From Octopus sinensis (lineage: Eukaryota): 9,019 bases of DNA. A model generated the notes under the pieces. It did not search any database, was not told the DNA's origin, and saw nothing but the letters and a program-made list of their open reading frames with translations. The position numbers were made by a program, and so were the translations under genes. Positions 1 through 7,023 of this stretch are shown here, piece after piece; within the stretch, counting starts at the first letter, position 1, and every line of letters starts with the position of its first letter. The stretch lies in contig NW_021828246.1 in NCBI RefSeq assembly GCF_006345805.1, positions 1-9,019 on the forward strand, given 5' to 3'.

Positions 1-20
1 GTGCATAAATTTTATTTCAT

Positions 21-91
21 ATTTTTCTTGTTATATTTTGTATAAAGAAAATATTCTTTATTTTTGTTGTTATATTTTGTATAAAGAGAAT
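21..91. repeat. Short tandem duplication, period 39 bp
   Basis: ttgttatattttgtataaaga is identical at 28-48 and 67-87, with near-identical flanks. Confidence 0.85.
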
Positions 92-107
92 TTTATTATT
101 ATTTTAG

Positions 108-243
108 GGTTCTCACTATAGTTCCTATTTATATGATGCAGTTTTCATCTATGCTCTCTTGGTAAAAAAATGTTTAACAAGTCAACTGGATTTCAGAAAT
201 GGGAGCTTGATGTTGGAAATTGCCCGAAATATAACATTTATAA
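108..243 (+). CDS. Internal exon of a receptor guanylyl cyclase / natriuretic peptide receptor-like gene (ANF-receptor ligand-binding domain)
   Basis: Acceptor ttattattattttag ends at 107 and donor gtatgt is at 244-249. The open frame reads GSHYSSYLYDAVFIYALLVKKCLTSQLDFRNGSLMLEIARNITFI plus 1 nt. YLYDAV-x-x-YA followed by NG and RN-x-TF matches the conserved ANF-receptor helix. The phase-1 end matches the next exon. Confidence 0.85.
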
Positions 244-469
244 GTATGTTCTTTTGATATTTATCCTTCAGTCTTACTAAAACTGTATTTTTGTTTTTTT
301 CAGTTTATAAATGAAATAAGGTGTAAGTACATGTGAATGTTGATAGACTTAATAAAAGAAATAGGGATATGTCTTTTTCTTTTATCTGTCAAAATATGTT
401 TATTAAGCTTACCAAAACCTGTATACTGAGGTTCTACAAATCAGTGAGAAATGGTTTGATAAAATATTA

Positions 470-965
470 ATCATCATCATCATCATCATCGTTTAACGTC
501 CGTTCTCCATGCTAGCATGGGTTGGACGGTTCAATCGGGGATCTGGGAAGCCAGAAGGCTGCACCAGGCTCCAGTTTTATCTGGCAATGTTTCTTCAGCT
601 GGATGCCCTTCCTAACGCCAACCACTCCATGAGTGTAGTGGGTGCTTTTTACATGCCACATGCACAGGTGCCAGGCGAGGCTGGCAACAGCCACGATCGG
701 ATTGGTGCATTTTACGTGCCACTGGCACGGAAGCCAGTCGAGGCGGTGCTGGCATCGGCCATATTCGGATGGTACTTTTTACGTGCCACCAGCACAGGGA
801 TCACAATTGCAGTTGCCATTGATTTTGATGTTGGTGTACTTGACTCAATGGATCTCCTCAAGCACAGGGTCAAAATGATGTTTCTTCACTTGCCACCTGC
901 ACAGGAGTCAGTCCAGTGGTCCTGGCAACTGCCGGGTGCCAGTCATAGATTGGTTCAATTTCAAT

Positions 966-970
<5 letters not shown>
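470..970 (-). mobile_element. RTE-LINE-3'-end-derived repeat (SINE-like copy), minus strand, (GAT)n tail at 470-490
   Basis: Reverse complement of 1216-1604 and of the LINE 3' UTR at about 8540-8989: (cat)n-cgtttaacgtcc, ccatgctagcatgg, gatgcccttcctaacgccaacc, three internal subrepeats, and gtacttgactcaat at 837-850. Segment 869-970 is a further subrepeat-like sequence rather than LINE ORF end. Confidence 0.85.
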
Positions 971-1011
<41 letters not shown>

Positions 1012-1022
1012 TATATATATAT
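971..1022. repeat. (TA)n microsatellite
   Basis: About 26 TA units with a single aa interruption near 1004-1005. Confidence 0.98.
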
Positions 1023-1085
1023 GTACATTTGTGCCTTCTTGTCTTGACAAATATTATATTTTATCAGTCCCAGAGGAATGAGGTA

Positions 1086-1604
1086 AAGACCCAACAAATA
1101 AGTGAGTTCATGGCTGTATCCTACATGAGCTTCACACAAACAGTCCCAGCCCATTCAAAGTACCTTGGACCGCAGGACGGCCTGCTGTGATTAGCTTGGA
1201 TTGTAGGGCAACCTACTGTGCTTGAGGAAACCTATTGAGTCAAGTACATCAACATCAAAATAAAAATCAAATGGAAATTGTAGTTGTGATACCTGTGCTG
1301 GTGACATGTAAAAAACACCAGCTGAACGTGGCCGATGTCAGCACTGGTTTCCGTGCCGGTGGCATGTAAAAAGCACCAACAGACTGTGACCGTTGCCAGC
1401 ATCCTCTGGCCCCTGTACCGGTGGCACGCAAAAAGCACCCACTACACTCATGGAGTGATTGGCGTTAGGAAGGGCATCTGGCTGTAGAAAACCAAACCAA
1501 AGCAGACTAGAGCCTGGTGCAGTCTCCTGGCTTCCCAGACCCCAGTTGAACCGTCCAACCCATGCTAGCATGGAAAATGGACGTTAAAAATGATGATGAT
1601 GATG
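1086..1604 (+). mobile_element. 5'-truncated RTE-type LINE 3' end (last ORF codons, 3' UTR, (GAT)n tail)
   Basis: aagacccaacaaataagtgag...cagcccattcaaagtacctt aligns with the ORF terminus and UTR at 8449-8525. It ends in ccatgctagcatgg...ggacgttaaaaa(tga)n at 1560-1604. Confidence 0.85.
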
Positions 1605-1829
1605 TTTATGTAAAAAGCAAAATTGAATCTGTGTGTGTACAACTATGACAGGAAGGTTCTGTAGCAGACAAGCTGTTAGACATACTAGTAATTGTTCCTG
1701 TTGTTGGTTAGTTGACATTGCTGCAGTCTTGTATGACTAAGAGAATGGCAATGCCAAAACAAATTATTATAGACATCACATCTTGGCATAATTTATTCTG
1801 GCAAGCAGTGAGAACACTTGTAGAATTAA

Positions 1830-2134
1830 AGAGTAAGAGTAAAGATCCCTTTTGGTCATTAATGACCAGGGGATTGCACCTAGTGAGTTACCCTCTGAGA
1901 CACAAGTCCAGGCAAGGTTGTTAATGGAAGGCCAGCAGTCACCCATGCATACCAGTGGACCCTTTCCGCACCATCAATGTTATCCAAGGGAAAGGAAAAA
2001 GCTTGGCACCAGTGATATCATAACTCATTTCTACAGATGAGTGAACTGGAGCAATGTGAAATAAAGTGTCTTGCTCAAGAACACAACACACAGCCCAGTT
2101 CAGGAACTGAACTCACTACTTCATGACTGTGAGC
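1830..2134 (-). mobile_element. tRNA-derived SINE remnant, copy 1 (CORE-like central motif)
   Basis: The minus strand reads gtgttgtgttcttgagcaagacacttta, resembling the CORE-SINE motif. The B box is degenerate near 2098-2112, there is a (TACTCT)-type tail, and it is colinear with copy 2. The family name was not verified. Confidence 0.7.
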
Positions 2135-2227
2135 ACTAATCAAACTACAGTCTGAAAAAGTAAAACCTAGACACCACAACATGACATAACTTATTCTGGC
2201 AAGCAGTGGGAGCACTTGCGGAATTAA

Positions 2228-2540
2228 AGAGTAAGAGTAGAGACCCCTTTTGGTCATGAATGAGCAAGGGAGTGCACCTTGAAAGTTAGCCTCTGAGACA
2301 AAAGTCCTGACAAGATTGTTTCTGGAAAACCAGCAGTCACCCATGCACACCTGTCTCCCCTCTCTATGCCACCAATGTTATCCAAGGGAAAGGCAAAGGC
2401 CAATACAGTTTGGCACCTGTGACGTCATAACTCATTTCTACAGCTGAGTGAACTGGAGCAATGTGAAATAAAGTGTCTTGCTCAAGAACACAACACGCAG
2501 CCCGGTCCGAGATTCGAACTCAACTGCCACATGATGTGAT
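2228..2540 (-). mobile_element. tRNA-derived SINE remnant, copy 2
   Basis: Pol III B box GTTCGAATC on the minus strand at 2511-2519, followed by the CORE-like motif. No A box is visible. It is truncated at about the same point as copy 1. Confidence 0.75.
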
Positions 2541-2871
2541 CACTAATCAAGCTATAAGCTGAAAAAGCAAGATCTAGACTCCACAACATGGCATAATTTA
2601 CTCCAGCAAGCAGTGGGAGTACTTGTAGAATTAAAGAGTAGTTTGATAGATTTCAGTACCTAACTAGATTACTCTTGTAATAAAAGCCGTTTGTGAGAGA
2701 ACAAAATCTTAACAGAGCAGGGAAAGTCTAGCTCAATTCTGTAGTGTTCAATGGAAAATAAAAATTCAAGTACCAAGCTCTATGAATTCTTGTGAATTTG
2801 GAATATCCTTTAGTTTAGTACCTTTCTAAGAATTGAAAGCTTGTTAAAATTAATCTAATTTAAATTTCTAG

Positions 2872-3002
2872 GTGATGCCATTATGAGCCCTGTCCAATTT
2901 GATTCAAATGCTGATAGAATGCCAGTTTATACGATTTGGGATTATACATCTCCAACTGGTATTGGAAGATTGGTAGCTATTGAAGAATTATCATACTCGG
3001 AG
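2872..3002 (+). CDS. Second visible exon of the same receptor gene
   Basis: Acceptor taatttaaatttctag ends at 2871 and donor gtatgt is at 3003-3008. The a at 243 plus gt gives Ser, then DAIMSPVQFDSNADRMPVYTIWDYTSPTGIGRLVAIEELSYSE. V-x-FD-x-N-A-DR-x-x-x-Y resembles the family motif G-x-V-x-x-D-x-NGDR. The exon is 131 nt and ends in phase 0. Confidence 0.85.
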
Positions 3003-3050
3003 GTATGTATCCGGTCAAAAAATTCCTGTTTCTTTGCTGCATTATATCAG

Positions 3051-3915
3051 TACATACATACGTACATACATAATACATACATACATACATACATACATAA
3101 TACATACATACATACATATGTACATACATGCATACATACGTACATACATACATACATACATACATACATACATACATACATACATACACATACATACACA
3201 TGTATGTATGTACATTCGTTTATACATACATACATACACACATACATAGATACATGCATGCATCAATCCATCTATCCCCCCATACATACATACATATGTA
3301 TATATGTATGTGTGTGTGTGTGTGTCTGTGTATATATGTATGTATGTATGTATTATACATACATGTATTATACATGTAGGTATGCATTATACATACATGT
3401 ATGTATGTATGTATGTATGTATGTATGTATGTATGTATGTATGTATGGATGGATGGATGGATGGATGGATGTATTTATGTATGTATGTATGTATGTATGT
3501 ATGTATGTATGTATGTATGTATGGATGGATGGATGGATGTATTTATGTATGTATGAATGTATGTATGTATGCATGTGTGTGCATGTCTGTCTGTCTGTAT
3601 GCATGTATGTATGTATGCATGCATGTGTGTGCATGTCTGTCTGTCTGTATGCATGTATGTATGTATGCATGCATGTATGTATGTATGCATGTATGCGTGT
3701 ATGCATGTATGTATGTATGAATGTATGTATGTATGTATGTATGTATGTGTGTGTGTATGTATGCATGTATGTATATATGTATGTATGTATGTATGTGTGT
3801 ATGTATGTATGTATGTATGTATGTATGTATGTGTGTGTGTATGTATGTATGTATGTATTTATGTATGTTTGTATGTATGTGTGTGTGTATGTATGTATGT
3901 ATGTATGCATGTATG

Positions 3916-3949
<34 letters not shown>

Positions 3950-4266
3950 TGTATGTGTGTGTATGTATGTATGTATGCATGTATGTGTGTGTATGTATGT
4001 ATGTATCTATGTATGTATGTGTGCATGTATGTGTGTGTGTATGTATGTATACATGTATGTATATATATATATATGTATGTATGTGTATGTATATATATAT
4101 ACATGTATGTATATATATATATATGTATGTATGTGTGTGGATGTATGTATGTATGTATGTATGCATATATGTATGTATGTGTGTGTATGTATGTATGCAT
4201 GTATGTGTGTGTGTGTATGTATGTATGTATGTATGTAAGTATGTATGTATGCATGCATGCATGTAT
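3051..4266. repeat. Compound tetranucleotide microsatellite: (CATA)n about 3051-3300, then (TATG)n with GGAT, TCTG, TG and TA variants
   Basis: Read directly from the sequence. It accounts for all the MYVC/HTYI ORFs. Confidence 0.99.
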
Positions 4267-4267
4267 G

Positions 4268-4795
4268 CTTTGATACAGACAGGAATTTCAGATGTTGGTT
4301 GGGAGAGAGAAGCACAAGACCGAAATGGACGGAGGAAAGGAGTGCAAAGTAGTTGTTCAAAGTCTGAAAGAGAGAGAGAGAGAATGAAGCAGACGAAAAT
4401 CAAGAGAGGGCTTGGAAAGAATGAATATGTGGAAAATGAGGGAATATTGCTTTTTATGTGTGTAATTTATGGGTGGAAAATACTTGAGTTGTGCAAGCCT
4501 GATCAGCCATCAAAGAACTCAAAGGAATCAACCCATTGTAAATTGTGATATTGCTATTGTTCGCAACAGAACATGTGGAACCTGTGGAATTGGGTGCGTT
4601 CCAGTTGGAGAATTGAAAAAGACATGTCAAAAATCTTCGTACTGTCAGCCAGCACAATTGTGCATTATGTAATAAAATTTGCAAATCTTTGGCAGAGCTC
4701 AAGAACCATATAAGGGCCTCACATTGCATTATCGATGACTCATTTCAACGATTCTTTCAAGCAATGGCTTTGCTTGTATACAAGAAAGCAGCCAC
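4268..4795 (+). pseudogene. Decayed C-terminus and 3' end of an RTE-like LINE ORF with three C2H2 zinc-finger remnants
   Basis: GISDVGWEREAQDRNGRRKGV matches the RTE C-terminal W-E-x-x-A-x-D-R-x-x-W-R motif, with W mutated to R. With two single-base frameshifts there are fingers at 4459, 4574 and 4659. It ends in a stem-loop and gcagccac, then (TATG)n. Confidence 0.65.
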
Positions 4796-5032
4796 TATGT
4801 ATATATGTATTTATGTATGTTGTATGTATATGTATGTAGTATGTATGTATGTATGTATGTATGTATGTATGTATTTGTTGTATGTATGTATGTATGTGTG
4901 GTGTATGTATGTATATATGTATGTATGTATGTATGTATGTTGTATGTATGTATGTAGGTATGTATGTATGTATGTATGTGTGTGTGTGTATGTATGTATA
5001 TGTATGTATGTATGTATGTGTGTGTATGTATG

Positions 5033-5066
<34 letters not shown>

Positions 5067-5379
5067 TGTGTGTGTATGTATGTATATATGTATGTATGTA
5101 TGTATGCATGTATGTGTGTGTGTATGTATGTATGTATGTATATATGTATGTATGTATGCATGTATGTGTGTGTGTATGTATGTATGTATTTATGTATATA
5201 TGTATGTATGTATGTATGTATGCATGTATGTGTGTGTGTATGTATGTATGTATGTATTTATGTATGTATGTGTATGTATCTATGTATGTGTGCATGTATG
5301 TATGTATGTGTATGTATGTATGTATGTATGCATGTATGTATGTATATATGACCGTATGTATGTATGACCGTATGTATGT
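4796..5379. repeat. (TATG)n microsatellite with TG/TA variants
   Basis: Read directly from the sequence. It begins immediately after the LINE 3' end. Confidence 0.99.
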
Positions 5380-5929
5380 CAGGTCACTTTTGAGCGCTAC
5401 TGGTAACACATAACCCAGTACTACCTGTTGCATGGTCGGGTCGTCGGCGACTAAACCGGCAACCCCACCAAGCTTGCTTGGTGAGGAGGGTGTTTATTGG
5501 TCACCCTGCGGGATGAAAAACAAAACCCGTCAAAGTGCGGAGGAACTCTTGAGAGTCAACGGCCATCCAATAAATGTCTTAAAGCTGTATCATGCGTGGG
5601 GACATAGAAATAATCGGACTAAATACCCGATCGCGCAGTTAAACCATTGGGAGTGAAGGACTCCCAGCCTTTGTTAGGGCATCCTTCTAGGAGTAGGTAA
5701 CTCAGGAAACTGGGATAACTCCGACATAAAACCTGCGGCTCAGTGGTTACTGATGATGTTGACTTGTTCTTCTTTTCGGATTATGGCTGCTGTTGCTTGG
5801 TGAGTGGGATTGACTCTGTGCACAGCCTTTCCTCACTTTAAAAAATATCTTCTTGCACAGGCATTGCATGATAACAACATTGATTAAGCTTCGTGCAATG
5901 GCCATACTCGATAACGAGGGGGCAGCCAC
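5380..5929 (+). mobile_element. 550-bp non-autonomous retroelement inserted in (TATG)n with a 25-bp target site duplication
   Basis: Flanked by identical tatgtatgtatgaccgtatgtatgt at 5355-5379 and 5930-5954, which includes the rare gacc variant. It is richer in GC and CpG than its flanks and has no credible ORF. Its 3' end matches 4761-4800. Confidence 0.75.
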
Positions 5930-6030
5930 TATGTATGTATGACCGTATGTATGTATGTTCGTATGCATGCATGTATGTATGTATGTATGTATGTATGTAT
6001 GTATGTATGTATGTATGTATGTGTGTATGT
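5930..6030. repeat. (TATG)n microsatellite
   Basis: Read directly from the sequence. Confidence 0.98.
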
Positions 6031-6192
6031 CATTATTCAGTTCATTTCAAGATTTCTTGCCAATAGAGAAAGAATCGTTTTCTAACCGAGATCCAAGGTT
6101 CCTTCATAGGAATTTCAACAGCAACAGGGTATTTTTGTTTGTATGCATATATGTATGTGCAGATTTGTATGTTTTTTGTATGTATTCTCATG

Positions 6193-6470
6193 CATCATCA
6201 TCATCATCATCGTTTAACGTCCGTTTTCCGTGCTAGCATGGGTTGGACGGTTTGACTGGGGTCTGGGAAGCCAGATGGCTGCACCAGGCTCCAAATTTGA
6301 TCTGGCAGTGTTTCTACAGCTGGATGCCCTTCCTAACGCCAACCACTCCATTAGTGTAGTGAGTGCTTTTTACGTGCCACTGGCACAGGGGTCAGAAGGA
6401 GGCTGGCAAACGGCCACATTCGGTTGGTGCTTTTACGTGTCACCGACATGGATGCCAGTCAGGCAGCATA
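6193..6470 (-). mobile_element. Truncated copy of the RTE-3'-end repeat, minus strand
   Basis: (cat)6-cgtttaacgtcc...gatgcccttcctaacgccaacc plus two subrepeats, same family as 470-970. It ends about 115 nt upstream of the exon 3 acceptor. Confidence 0.85.
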
Positions 6471-6586
6471 GTTGCATATCTAGACATGCTCGTATATATT
6501 TAAATGATAAACATCTGGAAAGTTTTACAGATTTTTACAGTTCCATTGATGGATTGGACAACTGATACTTTATAAATTTGTTGCAG

Positions 6587-6698
6587 AAATATATAAAAAT
6601 GGTAGCACCATTTAAATGGTTTACAAAGGATGGAAAGGCACCTGCAGACGTCCCTGAATGCGGATTCGATGGCAGTCTTTGCATCTATGACAACTCAC
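6587..6698 (+). CDS. Third visible exon, juxtamembrane cysteine motif of a receptor guanylyl cyclase / NPR-type receptor
   Basis: Acceptor aatttgttgcag ends at 6586 and donor gtgagt starts at 6699. Phase-0 translation is KYIKMVAPFKWFTKDGKAPADVPECGFDGSLCIYDNS plus 1 nt. W...G..P.D.P.CGF.G..C is the diagnostic pre-transmembrane motif. The transmembrane and cyclase exons are not in the window, so catalytic status is unknown. Confidence 0.9.
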
Positions 6699-6759
6699 GT
6701 GAGTTCCTCAGCATTGTTTTTATAACTTCTCTAACCAATGTAATTGTGTAATGATCTCT

Positions 6760-7023
6760 GCTAGTGTGTGTGTGTTTGTAAATGAACATCTATGTTTGTA
6801 AGAATGCATTTATATGTATGTGGTTAAGACAAAAAGAAGATAGAGAGTGGAGGAAAAGATTGTTTGTATATGTGTTGGTGTATATGTGTGTGTGTGTTTA
6901 TGCTCTGTATATAAGTAAGCAGGTTGATGTATGCATTTTATGCATGTTTAATGCATTTATGCACATTTATATATTCATATGTATACGTGTGTGGATGTGT
7001 GCATGCGTGAGTGTGTGTGCACG
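6760..7023. repeat. Degenerate TG/TATG low-complexity tract
   Basis: Interrupted gtgtgt, tatgt and gcat runs. Confidence 0.6.

Larger units (their letters stand above)
1770..2640. repeat. Tandem array of about 400-bp units: A-SINE-B-A-SINE-B-A
   Basis: The 66-bp block A recurs without gaps at 1770-1835, 2168-2233 and 2575-2640. The spacer B (cactaatcaa...ctgaaaaag) recurs at 2134-2167 and 2541-2574. Confidence 0.9.

Noticed and set aside
509-1081. Recurrent MLAWVGRF...FLQLDALPNANHS ORFs (509, 1338-1571, 6230, 8692-8961) resembling a small gene family
   Set aside because: They are antisense readings of the same LINE 3' UTR repeat, with inconsistent frames and stops between copies.
1770-2640. 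CRISPR-like repeat-spacer appearance
   Set aside because: The repeats are 66 bp, the spacers are about 335-340 bp and homologous to each other, there are no cas genes, and the context is a eukaryotic intron.
2639-2647. 9-bp inverted match to spacer B (tagtttgat versus atcaaacta at 2139-2147), suggesting terminal inverted repeats
   Set aside because: It is too short in AT-rich DNA, and no matching TSD or extension was seen.
3030-3050. Acceptor-like cag at 3048-3050 leading into the microsatellite
   Set aside because: It would need a 48-nt intron and would yield only repeat peptide. The exon at 6587 provides the expected family continuation.
2883-4238. 451-aa ORF and all other MYVC/HTYI-rich ORFs between 2977 and 5433 and near 5955
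   Set aside because: TATG/CATA repeats lack stops in every frame. Only the first 40 codons of the 451-aa ORF are real (exon 2), and the rest reads through a consensus donor.
4469-4672. 67-aa Cys-rich ORF as a secreted peptide or toxin
   Set aside because: It has no signal peptide and is better explained as frameshifted zinc-finger remnants of the LINE terminus.
5380-5470. HDV-like ribozyme at the 5' end of the 550-bp element (gtcg-tcgg-cgac-taa)
   Set aside because: Local hairpins exist, but no P1/P3 assignment fits the nested pseudoknot.
5736-5749. tRNA A-box-like cggctcagtggtta
   Set aside because: There is no downstream B box and no cloverleaf.
5700-5760. Hammerhead core words gaaac (5706-5710) and ctgatga (5750-5756)
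   Set aside because: I could not build the stems or a UH cleavage triplet in any of the three topologies.
6031-6560. Possible older minus-strand repeat with a (CATA)n tail, split by the insertion at 6193-6470
   Set aside because: It looks familiar as a dispersed repeat, but there is no second copy, TSD or protein motif in the window to support it. A repeat-library search is needed.
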